DNA of 64,000 bases from Callorhinchus milii (taxonomy: Eukaryota), in the NCBI RefSeq assembly GCF_018977255.1, contig NW_024704742.1:1924001-1988000 (forward strand), given 5' to 3'. A program made the position numbers and the translations under genes. Under the pieces are notes generated by a model. The model saw only the letters and a program-made list of their open reading frames with translations. It did not search any database and was not told the origin of the DNA. Below are positions 23,655 through 36,921 of the stretch, one piece after another (within the stretch, counting starts at the first letter, position 1; each line of letters opens with the position of its first letter).

Positions 23655-23870
23655 ATAATAATCCCTCCAAAACCAAAGACAATAATAAATTGGTCATTTT
23701 CAATCTACGACTGTTTGTCGGACATTGCTGTGCGCAATTGGCTGCCGCGTTCGCCCACAAATATACAGTCAATTCACTTTACAGTGTGTTTTGTGAAGCG
23801 CTTTGGGACGTCCTCCCGACGTGAAAAGCGCTATATCAAATGCAAGGATTATTATTATTATTATTATTTT
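23655..23870 (+). mobile_element. Deu-core SINE 3' part (a minus-strand SacSINE1-like head lies at ~23510-23600)
   Basis: Well-preserved core GACATTGCTGTGCGCAATTGGCTGCCGCGTTCGCCCACAAA and tail GGGACGTCCTCCCGACGTGAAAAGCGCTATATCAAATGCAAGG(ATT)n. Confidence 0.9.
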
Positions 23871-24000
23871 AACAGTGGTTAGGAAATTTGCCACCTCAAC
23901 CAGAGTGGAAAAGCTGACCTCTGTGACAATTGAGAGTAAAATTGTTCCAATAGTAAGATCAATTGAATATGTAAATATTTGCCCTTCTTTTTTTTAAAAG

Positions 24001-24081
24001 GACCTGAGGGATGAAAGTTCGCTTCTCAAGCTTCAATTAAAGGAGAAAGACCAATTGATTTCACAGCTTCGAGAAGAGCTG
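24001..24081 (+). CDS. CCSER1: Internal coding exon (phase 0-0, 27 aa, coiled coil) of serine-rich coiled-coil domain-containing protein 1
   Basis: Acceptor CCCTTCTTTTTTTTAAAAG| and donor CTG|GTGAGT. Translation DLRDESSLLKLQLKEKDQLISQLREEL closely matches the human CCSER1 segment DIMKDECSMLKLQLKEKDELISQLQEEL as I recall it, including the exon limits. Confidence 0.85.
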
Positions 24082-27000
24082 GTGAGTAGAACTTGCGACG
24101 CATTTCACAAATGTGGCCTTGCGACAAGGTCATTCGTAAAGAATGAAACAAATAATTTTCCATGCTCGTGTCAGAAACATGGTTGTCTGTCTGTCTGACG
24201 CTCGGATTAATGTACTTTGATGACTGTGCAAATTCTCGCTCCGTGACGCTGGTGAAGTCAGAACAAATGGACTAACCTGAACTGTTTGTTTTTGCAAGAC
24301 TCTCTCAACATTGCTAATCTAACCAGGAAAAGCAATTAATCAGTTATCTTAAAAATATCAATTTGCTTTATATATTCTCATTCCCTTTTTTGAAGGGAAA
24401 CATCTTTATTGAGATAGTGTTGCTGAAGTATGGGATGTTTGGTTAGTTATCTGGAACAAAGCAAAGATTAGCCAGTGATTAAAGTCTGCTAAAGTATGGC
24501 CTGATGTTGAATGACACGATTGTTTTTTTTCTGTGTATAAAGCTGTGGATTCTTGTCAAATTCTGGTCTTGGGATTGAGTTAACACATTGCTGGGGTTGG
24601 GTAGGGACATACCCCATGTGACACAGTGGTTTGGGTCAATTCGATGCAGCGTTTATAAGCAAAAACATTATAAGAATGGCTGCCGGTTGCTGCTTCCAGA
24701 CGATCAGTTTGCCAGTTATATCACTCCCTATGACCTGCACATGTGTATTACGAGCAGGAAGCCTGACAATCAGCTCCAGAGACCAACAGCGTATCACGTT
24801 CTATCGATCTGTGCATTTAGCTTGTACTTGTGTTCTCAAGAATTGAACTGAAAGTCCAAATTAAGCAGCCTTACCCCATCTCCACGTTCCATTGCTCTCA
24901 ACATTGTTTTCAAAATGTTGCATCAAATTCAACCTGAAAACCCCTTGGGTTTCTGTCAATTCCTTCTCACAACTTGGAGCCGTTCGACCCGAAATCAATG
25001 TTATTTTGTCGCTTAGCCTCTTCCATCGTCGCTGCTTTTAAAAATAAAGTACAAAATCTGCAGAGTAATCCCAATCATGCGTTCGCCAATTATCTGAACA
25101 AAATTTTGAATGACTTGTTTCGAATTCGAGCCATTGGCCCTTTGAGACACATTTCTTGTTCACAGCTCGCCTTGCTGTGATCATCGTTGCGTTGACTGAG
25201 CACTTTCGATGAAGGATCGATAATCGTATCCAAGCCTTTTGGTTCTTTCACCGTTGCTGACAGGCAGCTCATCTTGATGTATGCACGTTTCCTGTTCTAA
25301 TGTGCAAAGTACTACATCCATCTACATTAAATTCCATCTGTTTTTCCTTAACTTATCCAATTAATTGGTCCAGATCCCTTTGAGTCCTATTGATCTCTAT
25401 TATGCTCATTCACTGGTAACATAGCTTGATATCATTGGCAAATCCTGTATTACAAGTACAGGCAATGATTTATGAATCACCAGCGACCCAGAAGAGATCC
25501 CTCCCTGAGGTTCCACGCTCTAGTCATCCAACCAGAATTTTGTCTCGTTTATCATCACATTCCCATTATTCGTGCCGTTTTCCATATAATTTGCTATTTT
25601 GCCGTCAATTACATGGACCTTAATCTTTCTAGACTTGTTTTCACAGACTTTATCATTCGGAATTCATGGTGGAGGTGGAGAGGTAGCTCCTACCTTTTAG
25701 TTGCGATAAATATCACCTGGATCACAAATCTCATGCCGGTGTCAATATTTGCCCTGTGGTAAACACACAGATTTTTATGAAACGGTTTAAAACTCATTCA
25801 TTTCCCTTTCTGTTCCTTGAGCACGCTCAGATGCGTTACACGTGCTCAAAACACCTGGGTACATTTTGGACTGAACATTGGTCTTACAGTCACCTATTGT
25901 ACGGATATTGGGGTCAAAACACAAGTAGAAGTAGAAATTCCACCTGGATCTAGGTGGACTCATATTTTTGACTCTTATTTTCTGTAGCGTTTCAGTGCAT
26001 CCGACAATACCGTCGAATCCTTAATAAGAACTTACGGAAAACTAACTATGAAATGTAAACTATTGAAGGATTTCCTGAATACCAATCTCTCTGAAATATG
26101 AAGAAAACAGATTTAATCTAATCCATGGTGGAATTACTATCCCGGTCTGTATTTATCACTGAAAGTTGCAGATCGCAACTCTTTCTGGTCACTAGCTGTG
26201 TCATTGCCTCCCTAGAGGAACTCTGACCCAGTCTATTTGTTGGGTCATCTGGTTACATGTAGAAATCGTCATTTACGACTTTGTTTAGAGTTCAGCATTT
26301 CTATTCCAACCCCCCACCCACCCACCCACCTACCTGATGTAAATTGGTTAAACAGGGTACGATGTCAGGACATTAAAAAGCAAACAATTTGCTCACTTTT
26401 GCTCTACTTTCAGTGTTCCTACCATTCAGAAACTGGCATTGACATAATTAACTGAAGTCGGAGAAACACGCAATTTGATTTAAGGCCTTGTTGAAGGCCA
26501 CTAACGGAGAAAGTCTCGCTGAATTGCTTGCCGAAAAGTGATTTAAACTTGGGTTCCGCCCGCCATCCGTAAGCTTAGTGAACGGGAAAAAGAGGCAAAT
26601 AATGGGAGAAATATAAATTGACACCATCAATAGAAAAAGACCTGAATGGTAGAGAAGAGAGCAATGCCCGGCAGTACACATGCAGGGAAATTGGTGACTA
26701 TATGACAGGAAAGGAGGACTCAACCAAGAACATTTATCAACGAAGGGCATCATTGAAGCACTGCATGTCAGCTTTTCCACCACATGTGCCTCGGCAGTGA
26801 CCTGCCTCAGGACCACTTTCCTGCCTTCGAGTTGCAAACAGGGCTTTGCTTTCTCCTCGTAAACCGTGAATTTCCTTTTCCGCACATTCCTTCACCTTTC
26901 TCTATTTGCTCGCTGCTTTGGAATTAGAATGCATCACACCTCCTTCCGGTCGAACTCAATCTTCCCCAGGTCCTCAAGTTTGTGTGTGGAACTCCATAAC

Positions 27001-27689
27001 CTCTGTCAGGCTTCTCTTGCTCCTAATGGGCATCGACACTGCCTTCGTTTATACTGGAACCAAATCTCAACGGAAGATCCTGGCCATTAAATCCATTTTT
27101 TTTTTAACCACTTCACCTCATTAACTTGACTTAATGTGTTACCTCATTCGATTTTAATATGTTGCATTAAATTAATACATTTTTGAAGATTCGCGGAGCT
27201 TGATTTGGCGTTTGCTTGTCGTACGGGCCAGAAATAGGTCAGCCCACTTATGAGATTGAAATCGTTTTCTTTAGGCCTCGGTAATGGATTCTCTCTACAT
27301 GCAGCTTCCTGGGGGTTGCCTGTGTACCAATGTCAATTTGAGATTAGTATTTAAATTGTTCAGTTTAATGCTGTGCACCTACTGCTTGCAGCTGCACCAT
27401 CAATTAACTCTCACAAGTTCCAGAAACATTCATAGGCATGTACAGGAACGGAAAAGATTACTGCAGTTGATTCATTTCGTTTGGTCACAAAGCTGCGATA
27501 TTTTTTCTTGCCAATGTTCTCCACTCCACTCTTCCGTTCTTCGGCTCCTGAAGGCATTCGGATCCTTTTTTGCTTCTACTGGGGATACAGTTTCACTGGT
27601 GCCCTCTCCAGTGCCTCATCCAAGTGGTAGTTATGCACACACACACAGACGCACGTTGCCGGTCAGTGTGGTGAGGCAGTTTGCACGCA

Positions 27690-28200
27690 GCTGAGACGGA
27701 TCCAGCGCTCATATAATATCCACCCCTGGCCTTCCTGGTATCTGTCCTAAAATTGCCCTGTCCAATTGTAAACCTATGTCCTCTTGCTTCGACTGTCATG
27801 GTGCGTGCTAAAGTGTCGATCTGGATTTACTTTTTTAAATCTCGCTTTAATGAATTACCCGCATTAAATGAGATTGAAAATGTAATGCATGTTGCTGTCC
27901 ACTCACTGCCTGGAGTTCCTGGGCAGCCTTATGTTGGGGTGAACAGAACAAGATGCACGTTTCAAGGTGCGTTCTGACCAGGTCACTGTAACAGCCTGAG
28001 TATGATGTCTGGGGACCTAAACTCGACTGCTCTAGCAATGTAACCCAGCATCCTGTTTGCCTTGGTTATTGCTGACTCGCACTGTTGTGAGATAGTGAGC
28101 AGTAAGTCAAACTAACACCCCCTGAATCTCTTTCAGTTCAATGCCATCCATGAGTACACATTTCCTACTCTTGCTTCCAACACGCAGAGGTATTCACCTG
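27690..28200 (-). mobile_element. Decayed CR1 LINE fragment(s)
   Basis: Minus strand reads EARGHRFTIGQGNFRTDTRKA, and YSDLVRTHLE (the CR1 LYK.LVRPHLE motif) preceded by an ANRMLG-type motif. Confidence 0.7.
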
Positions 28201-29379
28201 CTGGCGGGTTAGAGGGTAGGGCTAGGATAGTGGAGTGGACCTTTCTGTTGACCCCCGAGACACAAGGTTTGACCAGGATAGACAGGCTTCGTCTGTTTAG
28301 CCGGCTTTTCAAATTCGGAACCGAAGTTACTTGTGTTTTACATTTTAAAGCGCATTTACTTAATAACGCAGAAAGACGTACAAGTTTGAATTGGTTCAGT
28401 AAACGTGGATACAGTCGGCAGGGTTGCGCCAAACAGAATTGGCTGATCTGCTCGCGTTGTAGCAACGTCACTGCAATTGACGACGTTAAAAGTTCTTAAG
28501 CAGCAGGCGAATGTCTCTTGCTTCTCATTTCTCTGTTGATAGTAGCGGGCGTGGAATCAAAGAACCAAAGTTGAACCTCTTAGTGGTTGTGCGGCAGCCA
28601 CATTCTGCAGTCTGTTCTTCTCCTCTGCTTTTTGTTTTCCCCCCCCTCCGTTGTTGCTGGAATTACCGGAACTTTGAACCGTCGAGGTCAAGGAGCTTGA
28701 GTTGCAGAGCGAGGGAAGATACAGATGCACTCGCTCTCACCAGCTCGGAGCAAACCCCAAGGGATGGCCAACTCTGACTGAACAAAGTATGGCTTTGCTA
28801 TATCTCTTTTATCATTATCCTTTTTTTTAACACTGCGATGGTCGGTGTGGATCTGCGCATTCTCACCCATCCATCTGATTGCCGTTTACGGGCTGGGCCC
28901 ATCCTTCGGTACAGGACCCACGAGCTGATTCTGATTAAAACAACGCAGAACCTTTACATCAACAGAGAGCTGCAGCTGTGATAAACACACTCCTTACCTT
29001 CTGAACTAATTCAACTCTTCAAGGCACAACACACTGACAACTGGGAAGACTTATGCCAACTACCCTGTAAACTATGTCATGCTGAGATATAAATTCTACA
29101 ATTCAGCTCAATTTAATTTGGTTTAAAGGTCTACAAGTCATTTCAATACTGACTAACTAGCATGAGCAGGCTTCATCCGATCCAAGCAACCAATTTAGAA
29201 GCAAGATTTCATTGCACAACGTCAGCTTGACACTGGCTAACAAACCGAAGCATTTCTAAGTGAAGTAAAACGATAATTTAAGCAATGATCAAGTTCTGAA
29301 CAGAAAACTACCAGGCTCTCGGAGTAGCTAGCACCAGCTTTTTAATGTCAGTTTAGACGTCTTGGGGTGAAAAAGTACA

Positions 29380-29530
29380 AATAAAAACAGTGCTGGAAAT
29401 GTACACTGAGTCAATCCATATCTGAAAGACAAAGAAACGATGATATTTAGGTAGGATTATGTGTAAGTCCCAGTATTGAAATGTTAACCTACCTTTCTCT
29501 CTACAATGCTTTTACATTTTCAGTACTTGA
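29380..29530. repeat. Decayed palindromic chondrichthyan-type short repeat (MITE or Penelope-derived)
   Basis: AGTGCTGGAAATGTA..CATATCTGAAAGACAAAG on the left and GAAATGTTAACCTACCTTTCTCTCTACAATGC..ACATTTTCAGTACT on the right form imperfect inverted arms. Confidence 0.45.
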
Positions 29531-30544
29531 ATATCTGGCATACAATGCTTCAATATTTATGCCCTAGTCTAGGCTGACATTCCAGTGCAGTGTGTATCAC
29601 CAAATTGTCTTTATATATTTCTATATATTATACATTAGCTATATATATAAATGCAACTGTAGATCTGTAATATTTGAAACGGCTATTTCACAATGAGCGT
29701 CATAAATGTAACTGACACTTTTCACACATTTCATTTTGTAAAGAAAACAAAAGTGGGGAAATGGCAAATATCACAATACACAGGAGCTGAACTATATTTC
29801 CGGTGCCGACAACTCAAAGGAGAATGGAATTCCTTTGAGTTTGTTAATCTTAATTGACTGAAAATAGGCTATTGCCCCAAAGGTCAAAATGTTCTTTCCC
29901 TGCGTTAGCATTGAACTGCAGTCTGGTTTCTTTGGGAAGCTAGTTTCAACTCAATGCCTATTATATTAAATTAAGTTCTGCTGAGAGGAGGGAGAGGCTA
30001 TGACACAGAAAACCAGCTGGAAATGGAAAGATAAAGGTAAGTCTGCTTTTGAGACAGAGATCCACTTGCTGAAAATGTTGGTGACTGCTGACGCACAGAT
30101 GGTGGGATATCTGGCGTACCGTGCTTCAATAGTTATGCCCCAGTCGAGGCCAACATTCCAGTGCGGTGCTGGGGAATGCTGCGTTATGTGAAGTTCTGGA
30201 TTGTTTTTTGTTAGCTGAATATCTGACCTGTAGGGAATCACCATGCTCGAGAGGATTCAAACCGGACTAAGAATTCCACAAACGTATGCTGCCTACGCAT
30301 GGAACTTTCCCAGGTTCTGGAATTGATATGCGTTGGGAGTGCAATTCCCAGGATTTCGCGAGCAACATTACCGTACAGGATCCTGGTAAATCCGAGGATT
30401 GAAACCGCTTAATACGCACTTTCCCTCCTGGAGGGAAGCATCCTATATACCTGTGCGTGTTGGCTGCCACGTTTGCCTACAAAATGCAAAGTTACTGCAT
30501 TCCGCGATAAAATCTGGGAAGCAGCATGCGGCAAGCCCATTCGC

Positions 30545-30830
30545 TTAGTGGAGGGGATGAGCAGAGGAGTAGGTTAGGAAGTTGATCAGAGCGATAAGGA
30601 GGTGCTAGCGAGTGGATGGATTTATAAGGAGCTTGGCATCAATCTGCTAGGAGACTGGGAGACAGGCAATGACTGCGATGATGGGTGCGCAGAGTTTTGT
30701 GCAGGTGAGGTTGTGAGTAGTGGAGTTGGGGATCATTTGATTGGTAGAACTAAGGAGAGTAGCAAGCGGTGCATTGGGAAAGTCTAAGAGGGATGTGATG
30801 AAGGAGCCAATTGGGAAGATTCCCTTCCCC
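30545..30830 (-). mobile_element. Decayed L2 internal fragment
   Basis: Purine-rich + strand like the other minus L2 copies. The minus strand shows an endonuclease-linker-like Pro/Ser/Leu-rich translation. Confidence 0.45.
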
Positions 30831-32259
30831 CAGTCTGTCCCTCCAAGATCAAGCCCCTCGAAAGACACATGGCTTCGGCTGGTGTGTCAACTCCAATGCC
30901 ATGGAGTCCTGCAGACCAGCCTGGCTCGAGAACTGGATCACTGAGACTGTCAACTTGATTCTGACATACAGTAGCCAAGCATCTCAGACCCATTGAGGCA
31001 TCTCAGACCCATTGAGACCCATTTACATCCCATTCCTACTAAAGAGGTTTCTAAGCTAGTAATAGTACCCCACACTTTGTACTACCAAAGGTCAAAATGG
31101 TATCGACAATTCAATTTTAAACTATTTTTCTGAGTAACAGGAAGAACAATAACTGATCTGTTCATCCATTTTTTATGCTATATGTATATGTATATATATA
31201 CACAAATATATATATATATCAGGGTTAAGCTTCTTTTGAGATGTATTGTTACCATTAATTGTGCAACTTGCATGAGCTCAGAGATGGTCTTTCAAGTGAA
31301 TGCCTTGAAAGTACTTTAAAATCTCCTTCAATGCTTTTTCTGCACGAAAAATTGCGAACGATTATTAAACTGTCAAATATTCTTTCTGTGAAAATTAAAT
31401 AGAAGCACTTTGGAAGAAGTTTATCTCTGTAATAATTACATTAAGTACCTATGAGAAGTGGCAGCATCACTTCATTTCCCATGGAGTTTGGATTTTTTTC
31501 CTATTGTGTATCGTATTTGGGGGGAAAAAAAAACCGATGCCGTGATAAACCTCTGAAAGTCACATTTTATCCATTCTTAGTTTCAGCAAGTTCCAATCAT
31601 TAAATACAGTTCCCCATTTATTTCAGACTCAAATACTCTTCTTTCATGTTGCAGACAATGAACTTCAGGTCAACGATTTGCACACAGTTTGGCCCCAAAC
31701 AGCTATGAATTTACTGACTGATATTTTACCTGCAGGATAACGTTACCCAAATAGACGGGATCCAGGTACCTCGGTTTAGGTCTCATCCCAAGAAATGTAC
31801 TTCTCATTAGTTTAATGCATCCCCAGCACTGTAGGGCTGCAGGAGGTCACGTATGTAAGTTGGGGCAAGTGCCTGGAGGGATTTGAGTGTCAGGACAAGG
31901 ATCTTGGATTTGATCCGCAGAGAGTTAAGAAACCAGTGGAACCCAGTGATCATGGGCTCACAGAGTCTGGTGTGGAGAGGATACAGGCTTAGTGGTCTGA
32001 AGCTTGTGTGTTAAACAGTTGGGAAGTCCAGTGAGCAGGACATTGGAGTAATCAAGACTGGACATGGTGAAGGCATGAATAAGTGACTCGGGAGTAGTGC
32101 TGGAGGCGAGTGAGTGAGAGCCCAAAGGTACGGCTTGAAAGGCAGGTGAACAAAGATAGTTAAAACAAGTTAGAACTTATACAGGAATCTAGTGTCTCTT
32201 ATATTTGATGGCTACACTTTTAGCATTTCCTTTATTTATCAGCACTCTGACCTCACAAG

Positions 32260-32590
32260 GAATTCTCCCCCGTCCCAACCGCCCTACCATCGGTGGCCGG
32301 GCCTTCAGCCTCTCAGCCCTGAGGCTCTGGAACTCCATCCCCCGGTGCCTTCGCCGCTTCCTCCCTTTCCTCCTTCAAGGCCGGTCTCAAAACCTTTCTC
32401 TTTGAGTGTGTCTTCAGCTCCCCTCTTGACTCTCTACCCCCTCTTCGCTCCCTCCCTTCCCTCCCCTCACCCTGACCATCTCCCCCCCTGCTCAGGACCT
32501 GACCCAACTGTCCAGCGCCTTGGGACGTCCTCCCGACGTGAAAGACGCTCTATAAATGGAATTTTGTTGTTGTCGTTGTTGTTGTTGTTT
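32260..32590 (+). mobile_element. L2 LINE 3' end
   Basis: TIGGRAFSLSALRLWNSIP, then 3'UTR and tail CAGCGCCTTGGGACGTCCTCCCGACGTGAAAGACGCTCTATAAATGGAA(TTG)n. Confidence 0.9.
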
Positions 32591-34243
32591 GCTGCAGTCC
32601 CGAGAACCTTTTCCCTCTTTCGGAATTTTTTTTATCAACAAATAGACGTGTTAACAAATCGGGATTCTAATTAATTCCAAATATGTCTTGAGTTGGATTT
32701 TGCAAGACATCAAATGCACCATATTTCCATTTCAGCACAAAGCTGCTTACAAGAGTTACATAGACCTTACAGCATGGGAACAGGCCATTCAACCCAATCT
32801 ATCTGTGTCGGTGTTCACACTCCACAAAAATCTCCATTCAATCTTTACTCCTTTCCATACCCTTCTATTCCCTTTGCACACACTAATGCTGTACAAACAG
32901 CCATGAAGTGAAATCATTAAGTGCTCATAAATGAGAACTGGAGTTGAATAGTTTTGAAGGGAAAGTCTAAAGGGAATGGAGTTGTCAATGCATTAAATTG
33001 CTTGATCCTTTTTAACACTAATCCTTTGAGTACCCGTAGATCTAATGAGCTGGTGGTCTCAGCAGGCTGACTATTTTCAGCTCACCATCATGATGCTAAA
33101 GCATCTCTAACATTGCATTCACCAAGCCACGCTAACATGCGGTTTGTTTCGCTGCTGTAACATTAACCAACATAATGGAGAAACAAATAAAGAGTGAAAA
33201 TATTTTACTAAAAAAAATTACCTGTTGTCACTGTGTTCCTCCCTAAACTTATCGTTTCATCCTGACAGTGCCATCTATTTTGACTAGGAGGGGCAGAGCA
33301 GTCACTGGGAACAGGGAGTTTTCTCCCACTGAGCTCCTATTAACCCTGCAAGGCACAATCTTAACTGGTATATTGGTCGTAGCTGGAAAATCACTGGGTA
33401 GTTTGCCAGACAATGGCAAGCTGTGTTTTAGTTGATTCAAATCCAGCGACTACCCCCAATTCATACTTTGGCATTTCTCGGCCTTGGCTCTTACCGACCT
33501 GCGCCTTTTGCTCTCCGGAATTAAGTAACCAAGGGAGAGTGCCTGTTGCTTTATAGACACAGAGAAATAGATGCATGTAGATCATCATGTACATATATGG
33601 AACTCTTAGTTTACTTTGAATACTCTTCAGCATGCTGTGGGTGAGAGCTATTTGCTTCTTTTGAAGTGTTAGAAATCAGCTTCACAAGCGATTCTGGTAA
33701 TCAATGCAAAGCTTAGAAAGATGGAAGACTGATGGGGGGCATATCATTGATACAATCGGATCAATTCCTCCTGCAGTATTCACATCTAAAGCAGAATATA
33801 TGGGCTGTAGATGAGTAATCACATCGACCGCCACTGAGACACAGAGGCACTTGAAAGATTGAACGTGTCTGCAGTGCTCCAAAGATTATGTTTTGTACAG
33901 GGAAAGTAAACCCACTGGTTGCCTCTTGTTAAGCTGTTATGTTCCTTGGGTTGAAGGAGGCCTGGGAGTAGACACGTTTATAATTGATGAATAAGGAGTG
34001 ATGGCCATCAATTGTCTCCATTCACGATTTAAGAGCAAGAGGAGGAGGGTTACCTACACTGGGATCTAACACGTAAAATATGCAAGAGGTTTTGTTTCAG
34101 TGTTAGTCATGCACACCATATTTCTGTGAATGTATTTGTCTAAAGGGGATTTCTATTGTGCTAAACTATGCCTTAATGTAATGCCCACACTTGGCGTCAC
34201 TCACTCCTCTTCCTTCACTCCTTGGAGAAAACAAACATTGGGG

Positions 34244-34455
34244 CAGAATTTGAGAGATTCTCAAATCGGTTCGTAAATTTTGTACCTGAAAGATAGAGGA
34301 TGCATCTTAGGCTGATCCTCCAGACCTCTGCCATCTTTCTCACAGAACACCGGGAAGCTCGTTTGCCTGAAATCCGCTTTCCTGGAAGTTGACAAACCAC
34401 CAATGGGAGTTTCAACAGCTCGACCTGAGATGCATTCCTAATCTCTCGATTTCTG
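34244..34455. mobile_element. MITE-like relic with imperfect terminal inverted repeats
   Basis: The right arm 34420-34455 reverse-complements to CAGAAATCGAGAGATT-AGGAATGCATCTCAGGTCGA. The left arm is CAGAATTTGAGAGATT [~37 nt extra] AGGATGCATCTTAGGCTGA. Confidence 0.55.
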
Positions 34456-34469
34456 AGTTTAATTTAATA

Positions 34470-34890
34470 ACCTAATCCTTACATGTGATGCAGCGCCTTT
34501 CATGTCAGGAACACGTCCCAATGGCCTTCACAAGTTATACTGTAAAGTGCAGCGACTGTGTTTTGTGAGTGAATGCAGTATCCAATTTGCGCACAGCCTT
34601 GTCCCACAAAACAGCCATGGAGTGAGTGAGTGACCGACTTTTATTTGGAGGATTCTTTGACCAGGAGATCGGTAGAAAGTCCCTTTTCTTTTCCAATGAC
34701 GCCGTGCGATCTTTCATCTCCAAATGAACAGGCAGACAGAGCCTTGACTTCATGTTTAATTTGAAGGAAGAGACCTCCAGCAACGCATTAAAGTGTCAGC
34801 TCAGACAAAATGAGTTCCGAGTCTCAAGGGAAGCTTGAATCAAGAACCTTCTTATTCGGAGGGGATAGTGCTACTGACTGAGTCTGGCTG
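34470..34890 (-). mobile_element. SacSINE1-like SINE
   Basis: Reverse tail, reverse core CCAATTTGCGCACAGCCTTGTCCCACAAAACAGCCATG, and reverse head CTTGAATCAAGAACCTTCTTATTCGGAGG..AGTGCTACTGACTGAG. Confidence 0.8.
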
Positions 34891-36921
34891 GCATCGTTTA
34901 CTAATCGATTTAAATAATCTTTCAAAGTCCCCCCCCCCCCCTCCTCCCCCACCCCGTTGGTTGCTTTCTCTTAGCAGACCTTCTGAAGGAGGTGCGAGCA
35001 TCACCAATAGTGCAACGTTAGTTACATCGTGCCACAATTCAGCACGATAGACTCCAACTATCAGTAAATACACCCGCAGCGATGTGGTGTGCAGGATCCA
35101 TACCAGAATCTGTCCCAGCTAAAAGGATTCTAATAGCAACTATAGAGTTTGACCTTTTGGGCGTCCCATGTTTTCTCATGTCAGTAATGAGAATAAACGA
35201 AGCCCAGTGTGCAGCAAAAAAAAAACACAGCTTCATTAACGTTCGTTGGCTGACATGGTTACAGATTGTCTTGACTTTTTTTTTCCGGATCATGTACAGA
35301 GAGCGCAGAAAAGTAAATGCATTTTGGCAGCAAGTAGTTCTGGAGAGTACCGACCTTCCTGATTATCTGTTTTAAACAGTCCAGGGTGTGTTTGAAGAAC
35401 GTTAAGCAGAATCGCTGCTGATATTCAGTGACGGGACTGAGAACAGATTATGTTGTATGGATCTTTTGACCCCTGTTTCTGGTTTGTTGATTGAGGTGTT
35501 TCGACGACATGATAAGGCACGATATCCAATGCAAAGATTATTATATGATCACTCAGCAGGTCCCTGTTGCCCCAAACCTGTTTGCGATATAACCAGAATA
35601 AATTTTAATTGGGATTTCGCCTATAGTTCCCAAATGATCCCACTTTTCATTATTTTGGAGTAGCTTCTCCAATCTTTTTACATTCCAGTTATTTTTCTTA
35701 ACAAAAGTGATCTTTTGATATTTTACCTTCCTGTCCTCTCGTCACTTCTTCTTTCTGCCACCACTGTATCTGGCTCATTATTAAAGATTAGAGCCAGGCT
35801 GTGTTGACTGTTGAACAAACTGTGAGAGAAACCAATCCAACTCTGAACAGATGAACGTCTCATTATAATCTTCTTCTGCTGTTTTTCATAATCAGTACCT
35901 GGGTAATTCAAATTTCAATTGACGAATGTTCCGGTTTTCACACAGGAATCCCTCAGAACATTCCCTGTCTTACCCGTTTCCTCCTCTTCAGGAGCTGCAA
36001 AATGATGATCAATTAACCAAACTTGTTTCTACCTTTTACTGCTCTTGATCTCAATCAATTCAATCCACTGTATGTATTTTCTGAGCAGTCATGATTCTGC
36101 TCGTTGTGTATGATTCTGAATATATATATACCATTTATAAAGTAGAGATAGAAAGGGACAACTGCTCTGGTTTTAATATTTGAACGTTCTTTGGTTGACC
36201 CCGAATCTTGAGCCAAGAAGAGCAATGTAAATATTTAAACAAGGTATTTGCTTTCCATTGTGTGATGCTATGTGTTATACTGTCAACCGTGTACCATACA
36301 CTAACTGGTTTAAACCTGGAGTTCTTGGTGTGTGGATTAGGAATTCAACCTGATTATGCCGGAGGGAGGGATAAGCCTTCCAATTCCCCCGACTCTTCCT
36401 TCTCTGAGTCAAGCTATCAAGTTATCAGCTGCCTACTAGCGGAATTGCTATGACTGAATCATAGAAATTTACCGTGCGGGAGGTAAACCGTTCAGCCCAT
36501 CGAGTCTACACCGGCTCTCAGCAAGGTGGTCGCTCAGTCCCACTGCCCTGCGGAGATGGTGTCAGAGGGGCTCGGCTCACTTTGCCTTGCCATTCTGAGT
36601 GTGACGCTGGAGGATGTCACTGTGGCCGTGCACGTCCTTATCCTTAAAAATGGAGACAATACCTTTCAGTCGTTGTGTCTGACTTTATTCGTCTGAAGGC
36701 CACCAGATCACCAGCCTCAATTTGGTCAAAGGCGAACTCCCCTCCCTCATCTAAATTTAAACCCCAAGTTAAATCCCATGATTAGTAACGTAGAAAAAGT
36801 CACGTACAGTCGATACCAAACATCAAAACTGATGTGTTTTGCGCTGTAAGGAGACAAAACACTTAGGCACACCCCACACTACGGCATATCCCTTTCAAGT
36901 GCTTTGAGACGTTTTAACTAT

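Noticed and set aside
26870..27090. HLSLFARCFGIRMHHTSF resembling a Penelope-like ORF N-terminus
   Set aside because: Short and degenerate, with no RT or GIY-YIG motifs nearby.
29975..30042. Strong donor AAG|GTAAGT at 30036/30037
   Set aside because: No convincing polypyrimidine acceptor upstream and no similarity to the expected CCSER1 peptide.
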